A program made the position numbers and the translations under genes. From Azolla caroliniana (taxonomy: Eukaryota; Plantae; Polypodiophyta): a stretch of 64,000 bases of DNA. Under the pieces are notes generated by a model. That model had not been told where the DNA came from, ran no database searches, and saw only the letters and a program-made list of their open reading frames with translations. The first letter of the stretch is position 1. Every line of letters begins with the position of its first letter. The stretch covers positions 12,772,001 to 12,836,000 of the forward strand of contig JBHGNT010000005.1 in NCBI GenBank assembly GCA_043228905.1. The letters run 5' to 3'. Positions 10,234 through 24,052 of the stretch are shown here, one piece after another.

Positions 10234-12080
10234 TTGAAGGGGAAGGTTCCAAATTCTCACCCAATGGTCTGAATCATGATCCTAAAAATCCGGCACAAAC
10301 CTCGCAATGAAGTCTTCCAATCAACAATATGATTTTATCAATGTGGTGATTTGAGGACTCATTTATATGCCAAATTTTGCTATGGATCATGTAAATTTGC
10401 TTTCCGAGCTCATGATCCTTGTTCGATAAGAAATAGCACTAGATAATAGATTATAAAATTTAATTTTATATGGGTATTAAAAAGAAGAATACATCAACGA
10501 ATTAATCAGAATCACATACAACGAGATTATAGCAACTCTGTTAGATAAAGTGGCTTAGAAGGAGTAGATAGATAAAGAAGTTGGAGATCCTCAAGTTTTT
10601 GTTTGGAGGACCATCGAGACAGTTGCTTTGTTGCCTCTATCATTGGTGGTCATTAATGTCCTCTTCATTTGCTACTCAAAGCTTGTTGGAGATTTTGACA
10701 ACCTTTCAACTTGATCCAAAATTCATCCCCTTATAATGAGCTCTCTTGTCCCCTTTTGTAAGGCTAAAGCACATCTCATACAAATAAAAATAGTAACTAT
10801 CCAGACCATTTACCCTAAACCATGTTGCAAACAATGTTTTCTTCATCCATAACCACCATCTCTCCCAACTCGCTCCTTGTCAAACCTTCTTATTATGGAT
10901 CTCAATAGGTGGAGGATGATGTTGGCAATTAGCCATGAAGTGTCCCCATTCACCACATCCCAAAGCAATGACATACAAATAACGAAGTTGTTTTCATACC
11001 ATGTGCATTCATACACTTCCGTCCTACCCTCCTACAACTTCGATCCCATAACACCCAAAACGTATATTTGTTTGATACATTTGCATGTGAGTGTGTTGTA
11101 ATATGCAAGCTAGAGCATTGCGACATTGCGATCTCATAAATGAGATAGGATTCTGCCCAAAAGAAGATCTGAGTATTTTCCATAGTGACCAAGCCATGCT
11201 TCACCATGTGATTGAATTCAATGTGTGAGACTTTCTTTCAACTAGCAACAAATAGAAGCAAGACAAGCACTATGTATTCTTACAAGATTATGTGAAGGAT
11301 AGGTTGATCGTTTTGTTTGCAAGTTCTAATCTCGAAAGAAATAAAAGAAAAGCATTTCACATTCATGCGAATGTCATCACCATTCGACAAATGATGGAGA
11401 AGGTTGGCCAACAACACAGTGGTCTAAGCTTTCTCAAGCTTCAAAAACACAAAGGAAAGAACCCATAAGTTAGCACATGTATGTAACAAGAATCACACAT
11501 CATTGACTTCTTTCATAGGACCATGTCTCTAGAGTCCACTATCAACACATAGAGGAGTCATTATTGTGTGAGCTAAGGAATGCCAACAAATTGGAGACAA
11601 CAAGTAGCACGCCACAAGGCACATGGACCATACCATCACCAAATCATGGACATAATTGCTCACTATATCTTATACTCGTGGCAGCACCTAGATGCACTTG
11701 TCAAGCTTCATTACAGCTTTAATGCCCTACAACAATCAACCTCATATACAATGTTTCCCCATACAATCACTCCAACCCATACATATAATGCCCCATCATC
11801 GTCTTTAGAATCATTCCACTACAATGCAATGGATAATATAATCACTCAAAACTTGGAGCTTTTATTTTCTTCCTTATGGATTACAATAATTCATTCCTAT
11901 TTGTAGTTATGATTTATGTTGATATTTTCATTTCCATTTTTTCACCTTTTGATTTCCTCTAAATATGTAATGTACCTTGTTATTTTTCATTCTGAATCTT
12001 CTTCTTAACTACTCACTAGGCTGATTACCATTGATCTTTATTAAATTTTCCTTTTAGAGTAAGTTTTGATACCAACTTTG

Positions 12081-12178
12081 AATTGTACATATCCTATATA
12101 AGATGATTTAGAAAGCAATCAGTAAACAAAATTGTACATATCCTATATAAGATGATTTAGAAAGCGATCAGTAAACAA
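12081..12178. repeat. 49-bp tandem duplication downstream of the helicase gene
   Basis: AATTGTACATATCCTATATAAGATGATTTAGAAAGC(A/G)ATCAGTAAACAA twice, one mismatch. Confidence 0.9.
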
Positions 12179-12679
12179 ATTTTGGCACCTCCACCACTTT
12201 CTCAATAGCAACGTATTTGCATGAATGTCATCAAATCATTGTATGAACAAGAGAATACCACTAAATGCATGGATAAATGCAATTACAACACAGAAGAGGA
12301 TAAGATGTCAGTACTACCTACACCTATGGATGATGCAATTGGATGAAAAAGAGAGCCCCTCGACTAACAAGTGCCATGCACATCATCAGATGCTACCCAA
12401 GTATGTGATGAATTATTCAAGTGCCATCACTAACATGGTGAATGGATGGAATGATGAACTGATGGGGACCACCGCACTCAAGAAGAAAAACGAACGAGCT
12501 ATTGCAATGATCCACTGAATAGTAGAAATAGTAGACAATTCCCTTTGATTCCACACAACTGTTTTCGTATTATGTACACAATTATTTCATATTCCTTATT
12601 GCTTTGCTTGATGAATGAAGGCAAAAAAAATCTTGAATGCTGCAAAATAATTAAGAGAAACAGCAAAATCATTTCAAAT

Positions 12680-12909
12680 CTATTCATCGGCATCATCTTC
12701 ATCAACCTGACCATAATTCTCTACAGCCTCTACTAATTCATCCTCTCCAGTTTCTATGGGTTCATCTAATATAGTGTTGATTTTTTCTGTGGTGCCAGCT
12801 TCTTCAGTTGCCTTCACCTCATCCTCATTCTCTTCCTCCATGTCCAATTTCTTCATGGACGCAAAGCTTTCTTCCGTAAACAGATTGTGATATGGTTTCA
12901 TTACCTGGT

Positions 12910-12982
<73 letters not shown>

Positions 12983-15900
12983 GGTGGTTTACATTGTGGC
13001 ACATAAAATTGAGAGAACCCATGTTCGATCCTCACCATGGGCTAGATAGAACCTGCCCATCATTTTTTATCACAATAGATCTTCCTCTCTTTCATCATGA
13101 TGGGCTTAGCTTGTGAAATGCAGGGGTTGAAAACCTGACCTTTTGGTCTCCACCCAACAACCTTAGCAATTGAGCTACATCTGTCTAGTCTCTCTGTAAG
13201 CCCACATGGGATATTTTATGCTTTCAGCACAAAAACCACAAAAGTGAATTTCACACAGCTGTGTCCAGTTTGTGTCCAACCGCAGCCACATCAATCAATA
13301 TTGGGAAAGTAGGGCAGTAGACCAATGCCCGAGAGGGCGAAACAAGCCATCACACTGTAATTAGAAACTTGGAATTGGCAGAACGTTGGTAGAAAATGAA
13401 AATATGCAACCTTTATCACCTCAAAGTACCAGAAACAAAAGAACATGTGACTTTGAAATGCCCTAACATGTGAGGACATTAGGCATGATTTTCAGGAATA
13501 ACTATAGGGTCGTACTAGATTTCACTGGCACCGAAATTAGACATGATCTTTGCTCATCTATTCATGCACAGAGCCAAATACAAAAGATCAAAACAGTGAG
13601 ATCCCGCAAATTAGTTTCTCATTGCGCCTTTTACATTTTTTGTTTTCTTCTATCATTCTAAAATTCTCCACCTACACGTCTAGGGAGGGTGGCTTTACTA
13701 ATTCCAACACAACCCTTCTGTGTCTCTATTTTTCTACGCACCCTCTCTCGTATTCTTTGTTCAGAATGCCTTGGGTTTTGTAACGCTATCTTGGTGTTAA
13801 CTCGCTTAAAAGACTATTTAGTTGCTAGCTTATACAAACCTTAAACAGGCGTTTGCGCTTGCGGGCACTTGCAACAAGATTGCCCCAATGTTTGTCCTGC
13901 ATCAATGTAGACGCAGAGCCTACAACCTGTAATACAATAAGAATTCATGATGAATTTTACACGATTAATGATTCCCTGATAACCAGGTTCACAGTACATA
14001 CCAGCATTGAGGCTCTTGCTCTGGTTAATCCAACATTCATACGTCGGAAATCTGACACAAAACCTATTCCTTTCCCTTCGTTGGCTCGAACACATGAAAA
14101 TATTGCCACATCCTTCTCCCTACCCTGTAGAACAACCATAGGTGACAACAGAATTCCAAACATTATTTGAAATTTAAAGATCCATCAAGCAATAATCCAG
14201 AGAAAACAGTGTAACACAAGATAAATCGGATGTTCACCTGAAAACCATCTACTGTGTTGGTATCAATAAGTCTAGCATTTTCTACCCCAACAACCTCCTT
14301 GAAACGTTCACGGAAAAGTTTCACTTGTTGCTTGTAGGGAGATATCACAGCTACATGTGGTCCTCCTTTAAGCTGTGGGAATCTTGCAACCAAGTGTCTA
14401 TAGAGCACCAATACAAACTCCACCTCGTCAACATTTATCCAGGATCCACTGCCTACAGGTTGTGTCTCTTGCCCGTCTATATCAAAAAATGCAAATGGTC
14501 CAAAACACCGATGGATGTGCCACGGACGTTTTGTTTGTAATTCAACATCTCTTCCATCTTCCAAAGCTTCTCCATAGAACTCTGCCGATGGAAATTGTCG
14601 TATCTAGCAGCAGAATAATATCCTTGATAAGTCATCTCTTCAAAAATCATAGGAGGTTTTTGAGAAAGCCATCATGCAAATGTTTAACCTGGGGATGCAT
14701 TCTATACTGTGTGGTCAACATTTGAACAGGATAACCAGATTGCTGAAACCTCTTGAATAAACTCATTGAGTATCTGCATTGACAAACGGCCCTTTTATTA
14801 TATATAATAAAGAAACTCTAAAGTGCAAAAGCATACATTCATGTAGCTGACCCATGCTGTATAGCTTTGGTTGATAAAACAGTTGCTGGAAGTTGTAATG
14901 GATCCCCTACCTGTTCATAATCAAGAGGTTTTCTAGATAATTCTATTTACCAACAGGAATAGAAAGCCTTAATAGTTCATCTTCCAAAAGCTCACAATAT
15001 TGACTGACATGAACAATGAGAGGGTAGAATCATGCCAGAAACACTTGCTTGCATCCATGAGCAAGAGGAACCAAAGTTGCTGGCTCTACCTATGGAATAA
15101 TGGAAACGTTAATTAAATCATTCAGAGTAGTAGCAAAAAATACATGATAGGTTCAATATAATTTTGTGCGTGTATCTGCAATAAATACACAAATAAACAC
15201 CACATATATCTTATGATCATATGCATCAACGAGAAAGATAACCTAGAAATAGGTCTTTGACTATAATTACTTACAGCTTGTGCAGCTTCATCAATGACAA
15301 CCACATCAAACCCTCTATTCATACGATGGAAAACTCCAGATCCACTGAAACTCAACGTTGAACAAACCTGGAAAAGGAAAGGGTGTTTTACCGTCATTTT
15401 TATGGTTAATTATTCTGTTACCTCCATGTTTTAATCTGAACAGTTAAACATTGAACAGATTCATTTAAATACTAACGATAGCAGCTTCACTAAGGATGGC
15501 AAGTCTCATGCGTTCACGTTCCATCCCAGCACTACCTGCACGAGGTCCAGCAGAGGAAATACCTCGATCCATGCTACTCAATCTTTGTTCAACCTTGATT
15601 GTCGCATAAAAATACAAGCGGTCAAATTTGATATGTATATGATAATTAAATCAAGATTACATATTTACCCACTTTACTACCAGATAATCCATAGATACGG
15701 ATTGAATTGAGTGGTGAGGGTTCACTCCAATACGTACAATGCTTGGGATGAATGTTTGGCCAGTTTCATCACGAAGACCTGATGAATTCAGTTTAAGACA
15801 ATGGAATCCCTGAGTAGACATGAAGGCATAAAAAGAAGATTGAGGCAAGATTTTACCAGAGCTCATCAGACGTAGGACAATTTCATCAAGTGCAGAATTG

Positions 15901-18900
15901 GAAGGAGCACATACAAGAACATGAACACGATGTTTGCGTTTTGCAGTCACCACCTCAGGCCTCTGGATTGAAAAAGCAGATCATATTTAAGTCATCAAAA
16001 ATCAATCAGATGAGAATCAATTAGCTACGAACAACAATAACTGACAAATTCATTGTTAGCAGTGGGAAAGAATCCATCATCTCCATCTAATGGCATTAAA
16101 ATGTCTCTGGGGTTGCCACGTGTACCAAGCCAAGGAGAGGATTTTAACCAATGATTCAACCTGAAAGAAGAAATACACCAGCATTTACAATCGTCTGAAA
16201 TCAATAAAGCAGTGAATTTTGGATTTATTTATATGCCTTCTTACTTCTTTTCAAAAGGAAGTTCCTCTTTTGTTTGTAAATGCCACTGTCCATCCCTACC
16301 AGTGACAATATTAGCATGTTCTATTTCTAAACCCCTGAAAATATTAAGAGAACCACAACAAATCATACTTTGCAGGTCTTGCAGGAGTTGCATGTAGAAC
16401 GACGCTAAGAAGTCCAAGAATTGTTTGTGTTTTTCCGGTCCCGGGGGGGCCCTGGGTATTGCCATCATCAGGTGTTAAAAGATTTTGAAATAGTTTCTGT
16501 TAAAAGACATTAACCCATCAGTGGTAATACCTGGATGAGGATCACAGGGCTTCGAGTGAGGCCTGCCTGCACAATGAACTGCAGCATTAATATAAAAACA
16601 CAGGCATTAATGAATAAAGTGGACAAAGTAGATAAAGAGAAAAATACTTTGACAGCCTGCAATTGAGAATCATTATGAGTTTCCTCCAAGTATCCCATAA
16701 GCTTAGGGGGTACAACATAAGGTAGAGTATCATTTGAATCACTCGCAGGAGCTCTAAATTGACCACTCAGAATGACATCCGCAAAAGGAAGGTGAGTAAT
16801 TGATTGAAGCGCAGTATATTCTCGCACAATCGTCGACAAATTGCTTAGCTGTGAATTTCCAACATAAAAAAAGGAAAATTCACAATATTTTCATCCACAA
16901 TATTTTCATCCAATCAATTAATTAACTCGTTTTTTACTCCATGTTAGTCTTCCACTATAAGGCACACTTCTAGAACCTAAATTATAAATTCTTGAGATAA
17001 TCATACATTACGTTACACTCTCATGGTGTACCATAAAAAAGCTACATACTCCTCAGTTCTAGGGCAGTATGCATAGTCAAATGTTATCCATGAATAAAAA
17101 TCATATAAATATTCAATTTGATTTTTACTATATGATTTTAATTTCATTCTTTAGTTTTCTCTGGCTATACTATCTTGCCAGTATCATAGTTGCGTAGTTA
17201 TGCTTCTAGATGCATTGCCTTTATTGTAGATAATGAGTTAGATGTAGACTTTCCTAAAGACCATGCTCTCGGTGATTCTGTTACTCTTGTTGCAGTATAC
17301 AATATGGAGTTGAGGTTAATCTAATTCAAAGGGCCATACCTTATGAGGATAAGCAAGAGATTTGAGATTAGAATGAGGACTGTGCTTCAATCTCAACATT
17401 CATGTGCCAAGATAGATTTTTTCAGATGAACATTGGACAGTGGTATGTCTTTTTAGGAGTCCATTTAAGATGATAATAGGCATGTTGCTTATTTGACAAT
17501 TTTAAGTGTATTCTCGTTTCCTCTTTAGTGTGTTATGAATCCTCTTCTCAGTTGTAAGTATCTGCGGTGGTATTTTTTGTGGTGACCTGTCCTGTTAGTA
17601 TAGTTTGGACATAGCTTTCCTGGCGAACTTGAATCCCGAGCTTCAATAGCTGATAGATCTCCCAACACTTCCGCTTGAAATACTATCCATTTTGTGGAAA
17701 TACCCTTAGTATAGATAGTTATAGAAAATCAATTGATATTCCTCAATATCTTCTATGTTTTGTTTAGTAGCTCATTTTCATCACTTGGGTAAGAAAATTC
17801 CATTGGTAGGATAGGCTTGCCACTAATTATTTCATTGTCTTCTCATGCTTTACTTATAAAATACTTTCTATTAATGATTTGTAACCAATTTTCAATACAC
17901 AACAATTTCAATATTTTTCTGTATTGCACCATAATGCTTTGAATTCGTGTTATTCAAATCCAGATTAAACTCTCCAAATCCAAAACGTTTTGAATTTCCT
18001 TTTGCCAATGATCCATTTAATTCCTTTTTTAGATGAATGAAATCTCTTTACTCCTTTGCAAACTCACAATTTCTTCTTCCATTACTCTTCTATTCATTAG
18101 TTCATTCCACATTTTCATTTAGATAAGAATTTTAACCTTCTTTTTCACTTCTTCGCATTCAACATCAAACCAAATATCATTAAGTAGCCATTCACCCTTC
18201 CCTTTCCTGTTTTTCAATTGCGATATCTCCAATTTCATATGTTGCATTCATTTGATCATGCAATAGTTTCAGATCCATGAAAATAATACACATACATACT
18301 TTTGTAAGGCAACAATATCCTTACCTTGATCAGCCACCAAGCAGAATTAGCAACTTGCAATGCACTTCTCATTTTTGAGAGTCGGGTACTTCGAGTCCAA
18401 GTGTTCTCATTTAATCCAGTGAACTCTCCATCCAGAAATAGCCTCAGTTTTAATATTTGTTTTCCTTCACGACCCTCAATACTTCCAAATCCATAAGCAC
18501 TTGGAATAGCTGAACCTTCTTGGAGCTAACAGTAGAAAAAATGCCAATCTTCATGGCAGCAATAGCTAAAGTCTGATTTTCAAATAACACGCAAATGGCT
18601 TGATTTCATAAACGGGAAGATATATAAGAAAACTACCTTCTCTTTGCTGAGCAAAATGATGTCGTTATCAGTAAGCTGTTCTACCATGTGAGCTTGGACA
18701 GCAACTTGAGCAAAATAAAAATCATTGGCTTCCTCACATTTTATTACAGCAGCCATTTCCCAATCCAGGGAGCCTGCATCAAGTTTATATCCATTATCAA
18801 TGTCATAAAAGGCTAGTTGAATGAAGAAATGAAAGTATGTACTTGAAGCATAACTTACTTCCTTCTTCTTCTCCTCTGCATATTTGAGCCTTTACCTCCT

Positions 18901-19550
18901 CAAATAGAAGAGGTTCAAATATCTCAAGGTATTGCTTTGTATCCTTAAAGGTGAGGGGCACGTCTTTTAAAGAATTTTTGTCTTTTTTCCTCTTCTTTGT
19001 ATTAGCCTATACAAAGAACCAGATTGGACCCAATGCTTTCTTTACCTCATGTATCGTGAAAACAAAGTCTTTAGATATTCATACGAAAGACAAACTGACA
19101 TACTACACACAGAGCAGTATGCTTAAAACTAAAACTAAAACTGATTTTAAATTTTTCAACTGAGTCCTAAAATCTTTCAAATGTTGCAGAAACAGAACTA
19201 AGATAAATGCCAAAAGTTTCGAAAATTATTAAATATGTAAAGATCACTTGGAGTAATTAAAAATTTTGTAGCTTCAATCTTCAAATGTAAAACCTTGGAC
19301 CTAAACCCTGAACAGAAGAAGGATCCTTTATTCTCTTGACAAAAGTATACCAACCCAGCCTAACCCAAAACTCGAACTGAACCAAGACAAGGAACGGAAA
19401 AGGAAATACCTTGAATTCTGAGAGAAGGCGGAGATAATCCCAACTTAGAACGATTTTCTGCAAGCGGGTCTGCAAAGAGGTGATGAGGGAAGCCTTGTCG
19501 GTGGTAGCGGAGCCGGCGCAGGAGCCACTACCAGAAACTACACCCACCAT
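12680..19550 (-). CDS. MAA3: Sen1/Upf1-like superfamily 1 RNA/DNA helicase, MAGATAMA 3 orthologue (20 exons, about 841 aa)
   Basis: Hand-spliced exons: 19410-19550, 18859-19006, 18637-18773, 18325-18525, 16648-16848, 16531-16566, 16369-16451, 16245-16295, 16046-16160, 15857-15962, 15681-15778, 15477-15593, 15275-15367, 15036-15089, 14852-14910, 14689-14773, 14238-14603, 14002-14124, 13840-13926, 12680-12904 (2526 nt, phases consistent). Motifs: IVLSWDY, FEPLLFEEVKAQI, QGPPGTGKT, CAPSNSALDE, IDEAAQ, VGDPLQLP, QYRMHP, TVDGFQGREKD, RMNVGLTRAR, acidic tail. Confidence 0.92.
12914..12978. repeat. (CT)n/(AG)n microsatellite at the 3' end of the last helicase intron
   Basis: Directly visible; ends 7 nt before the acceptor AG on the minus strand. 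Confidence 0.95.
17300..18250 (-). mobile_element. Possible degraded LINE remnant in helicase intron 4
   Basis: Minus-strand WFDVECEE (about 18150-18173) resembles the W-F-D-x-E-C linker motif of APE-type LINE ORF2; the rest is decayed and the boundaries are approximate. Confidence 0.35.
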
Positions 19551-19639
19551 TTTTTTGCTAAAAAACAGAACACAAGACTACGGAGCTTCTGGTGAGGCTA
19601 TGGCGGAGGTTGTTTGTATATGCAATGATGTCTAAACAA

Positions 19640-19643
<4 letters not shown>

Positions 19644-19671
<28 letters not shown>
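19644..19671. repeat. (GA)n tract; (CT)n on the helicase sense strand in the likely 5' UTR/promoter
   Basis: Directly visible, about 100 bp upstream of the ATG. Confidence 0.9.
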
Positions 19672-20632
19672 CCTTAGAGGGAGAGGGGGAGTTCAAAGGG
19701 TTTGTTTGTTTATGTTGTTTATGTTGTTGGGGCTAAAGAATTAATTAAGTACAGTAGTGTGTAATGTAATGTAATGTAATGGCCCATGGGTGAGGAGTTG
19801 TTGCTATTGTTGTTGCTGCTATTGCCATGATGATGATCATTGATGACTATGAGTTCGAATCCTGATTCCCCAACCCACACCCACACCCACACCCACACCA
19901 CCACACATGTGACACTTCAACTCTCACTCGTCCCAATTCATCCCCACGCATATATTGGTTTTGTCCCAGTTTGGAATTGTTGTAATATTTGGCGTTGTGA
20001 ACATAATATAAGAGCATTTTTTGTCCCATTTTTGCTTCCATTCGCATATTCTTGTATAATCTTGAAAATATGGGCGTAAGTAACACTTGGTGTCGGAGCA
20101 CGAATGTGAATTGGAGGAGAGAAAATGTTGATGAAGGAGGAAGCTTACGAGGAAAGAGAAAGTGATGAAGACTATGGACTGGAATCTGTAACAAAGGCGA
20201 TCTAGTAGGAGCCACGGAAGGCAGCTAACCTCGTGGAGATTGTGATTACGCAACTCATTGAAATCTTAAAGGAGCTAAAGACGGAAGCGACGCTCACTAA
20301 GAAGGAGGAGCCAAAGGGAAAGGGTCGAGGAGGAAGAGTCCAGGGTAAAAGCATGCAAGTGGAAATACTATTATAGCTAATTAGCTACTAAAATGGTCAC
20401 AGCTAATTAGCTATTTGTTTAGCTAGTTTTTTGTGGGAAAATCATAAGGATGGTTTACGAAATTTTATGTTTTATTAGTTAAATACATGTCATTTTATTT
20501 ATGAGAATACTCAAATATTTGAACTATGGTTTCTAACGTAGTGGAACATGAGGAATAGTGCCATCATCTTAGGTCGACTTGATTGTCATCAAATTCTTGA
20601 TAATCCTGAGTTCGAGTTTGAACTCCAAACAG

Positions 20633-23493
20633 ATGGAGTACTCTGAGCATGAACGCAGACGAAGCTCCTGCAATAGCACAAAAACTCTGAGATCGACATT
20701 GCACCTTCAGAACTACAACACACGACCAAGTCGATCCTCGTCCAGGTATGTATCAGTTACATATTAAAAAAAACTCTTTTTTTCCTTTCTGATAACTGTT
20801 TGTAACTTTGGTGCCTATTCATCTTTCCCTAAAATCGAATAGGGCGAAGTCATTGGAGTCCCAAAGAAGGATGTTTCGAAGATCGGGGTGTAGCAGCAAG
20901 TGTGTTTTTTATTGACAGAATTTTGTAGTAGAATTGATTTCTGCCTTTAGTGATGATTAGGGTTTGTGTTTCCCTTAAGTGGTTTAGGGTTTCTGATTAC
21001 TATCACAATGTGTTGTAATTTTGCACCATTTCTCATGACAAATTCTGATTAGGGTTTCTTATTTTTTAAGTGGTCGATTTCTAATACATGTTGAAAAGGA
21101 CATATTACAAAATTCAGAATACTGTCTCAAAGTGTTGTAATTTTGCACCAAATTCACATTAAAAATTATGTTTTTGCACTAATTCTGATTACTAATTTTC
21201 TATTTCATGTGGCTCGTTCCTCCGTATCCTAGAGTGGTGAACTTCGCAAAATTTTGTGAGACAAACGAGGACTTTCACAACATATATGGTCTGTCACTCG
21301 AGGGTATTGACCCTGCTATTCTAATAGATAGATTGATTAGTGATGTAGACTGGATGTCAATATATAAAGTGCCTAGAGTGAAAGGCAAGGTCAAGCTCAA
21401 GCATGTACGACCGGACCTGTACGACGACTGCATGAGACTGCACCGAAAGTACATCAAGAGATCCCGATCAACAACGAGTTGTCCATTTCATTTGTCAGAG
21501 CTTTTGCATACGAGTATTGCAAAACAAAGAAGGAATCTCGTGACCCTGAAATGTACAGGGTAGCTGGTGAGGCATTGGTAGAAAGATGTCGGAAGATGGG
21601 GAGCTTGCAACAAAAAATGGCAAGATTTTGGAGCATGGCAGTTAATGATGCAACTGCAGACTCCCAACAAACCCGCAAGTATACGCCACACCGACACACA
21701 ATGAAAGCCAATGTCGATGATACAGGTGAGACATTGATTAGCTATATGCTAAAAAATGTCCATGAAGCTTGTGAGACATTGGAGTTTTTTAAGACTGATT
21801 TAGAGAAAGCAACATTGGCTACTGCGATGGAGAACAAAGTCACTTTGGCAGTTACAACAATCAGAAATAAGATTCAGGTACCTATTGTTTTGCTAGTATG
21901 TAATATGTTATAAATAACTTGTACATGAAAATGTGCTACTGAGGCAGGATCTGGAACAGGTTGCTCAACATGAGCTTGAAATTGAGGGGTCGTTGGATCC
22001 CCAACGGAAAATTCAATTGCAGACAGAGATCCAGTTTCTTTCAATGAACATGGACCTTCTAGGTGTAAATATTGTCGTAGATTACAATTTGGACAAGCTA
22101 AAAGTAAGTTAATGATTATTGTTTCTTGTTGTTGTATCTTCCTCATTAAGGAATAATTAATCGGTAAATTTATCGGTTGCGTTGAAGGAACAATACTCCC
22201 GTCAAGAAAAGGTAGTTAGTTGCCTTAAGAAGCAACTACATTTTGCGGAGGGGATGGTAAGGAGTAGACAAGAATTGAACCTCAACATTCTTGCTCCCTT
22301 ACTAAATGAAGGAGAATCAAGAAACAATATATTGATTGTTCAAGCACATTACATCGCTTGTGGATTACGTGTAGAGGACAAATCTGCTACTCTATTGGTT
22401 CACCTACAACCATGCCAGCACACATACCATATCATTTGTTTTCAATATGTTTGTTGCATTGTTGCATTCTGTTTGGGGGATTGTAGTACAACTCTCCCAG
22501 ATGACTAGAGAAAACTAACGGGTAAAATTGTTGCTTGTGACCATAGTGTAGCTAATTAGTTCCATCTTTGGTAATTAGGTAAGTCATATAAAGTGTGGAA
22601 ACTATTTAGCTGTTATGGTTGTAGTGTAGTAGCTAATTAGCTAACATGTAGTTAATTAGCTAAGTGGTAGCTAATTAGCTACTACCATAGTTTAGTACAA
22701 TAGCGAATTAGCTACTACCATACTTTAGTTATAGTGGCTAATTAGCTAGTACCATACTTTAGTTGAGTAGTTAATTAGCTAATTGGTAGCTAATTAGCTA
22801 CTACCATACTTTAGTAGAGTAGCTAATTAGTTGCTACCATATTGACAAAGAGTAGCTAATTAGCTAGTACCATACCTATGTGAAGTAACTAATTAGCTCA
22901 GTGGTAGCTAATTAGCTACTGTCATAGTCTAGAAGAATAACTAGTTAGCTAAGATATAGCTAATTAGCGACCATGTTGTTGTAGAATCTTGTGGATTAAG
23001 GAGGGCACACGAGGTGTCTAGTGCCGATGACACTACAACCGATGAGATAGTTGCCAACGTGGTTGAAAGTAAGAGTCATGCTATCACATCTCCTTCAGAT
23101 AAGCTCCACCCTATTCTTTTGGAAGATGGTACTGAATTAGGCAACGACGTGAAAAGCCATGAAATATTGGAAACAACATGTAAATCTAAGGTTCGCAACA
23201 ATAGTGTTTTTGAACACTTGATGCAACATTTCTTCGAATCCCAAAACCTTGATTCCACCCCATTGAGCCTAACTATTGATAATGTCCAAACGGATCCCAC
23301 TGTACTGGAAAAGCTAGCGCAAGACGCGCCTGATGTGCAAGTCGTTGCTAAGGTGATGGAAAGGTTGTCGGCGAAGGACACACTTGCACAATGGGTCAAA
23401 GAAGCAAGGCTAAATGGGCAACCGACTAGAAAACGGTTGAAGAAGGGGCCACGATCGGGGACAAGACCAGTTACTCGGTCAAGGGGCTCTTGA
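20633..23493 (+). pseudogene. Spliced cargo gene in the DNA transposon: coiled-coil plus RING-like protein, frameshifted
   Basis: ORF pieces 21207-21913, 22182-22508 (YIAC...PCQHTYHIIC...FC..DC, RING-like) and 23014-23493; GT/AG sites near 20747, 21878, 22103, 22522 and 22984. The exon model is approximate. Confidence 0.5.
22550..22970. repeat. Array of palindromic TAGCTAATTAGCTA units in a putative cargo-gene intron
   Basis: More than 12 degenerate copies interspersed with CTACCATA(G/C)TTTAG spacers. Confidence 0.9.
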
Positions 23494-24052
23494 ATTTGAG
23501 AGAAATACTTATTAGTGGGATATGATTGTTAGCGATTTTCCTAGGGTTTTATGAAGTTTTATTATGATCTATTTGGACAAGTAAAACCTCAGATTGGTTG
23601 TTGCTTGATCCACATTATGTAATGGAACTCTATGATGTTTCTCCAAGATAATTATGTTCATGTTGTTCTATCATGGAAAATATTTTATGTTCATTATGTT
23701 GTTTTGTGAGACTGTTGGTTACTTTGTGAGTGTGAATATGTTGGTGTTTTCTGATGTTGCAAAGTCTAAAGGGTTTGAATCTATTGCTCCTAAGGCTGAT
23801 GGAAGTGTGGAAATTGTTGATGTTGCTTCGTGTTTAGAGGGCCACATCTTGAAAGTAGATGTAGCAACTGACACAAATGATCTAGTCACGTAAGTAGATC
23901 AAGCATGTTGCAGAGATGATCTGATTTTGCAGGTAGATGCAGCATGTGATACCAGTGGGCAGATATCAACCAGATCAGTATCTACATGCACCGAGCCAAT
24001 GACTAAGTCGACAACACAAGAGCACCAGAATGTGAAGCCAGTCCCAACATAG

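Noticed and set aside
10260-11950. Possible decayed coding or LINE sequence (ORFs 10877-11101, 11580-11906)
   Set aside because: No recognisable motif could be read with confidence.
13660-13790. Possible alternative terminal exon in the last helicase intron
   Set aside because: An open frame and AG sites exist, but there is no homology support; exon 12680-12904 fits the MAA3 C-terminus better.
20080-20340. AACA-CT-TGGTGTCGGAGC, a degenerate iMet PBS plus gag-like start interrupted by the DNA transposon
   Set aside because: Plausible host repeat of the insertion, but too decayed to call.
20955-21060. TAGGGTTT telo-box-like motifs (also AAACCCTA at 34322)
   Set aside because: Short, common plant motifs; not a telomeric array, and no functional evidence.
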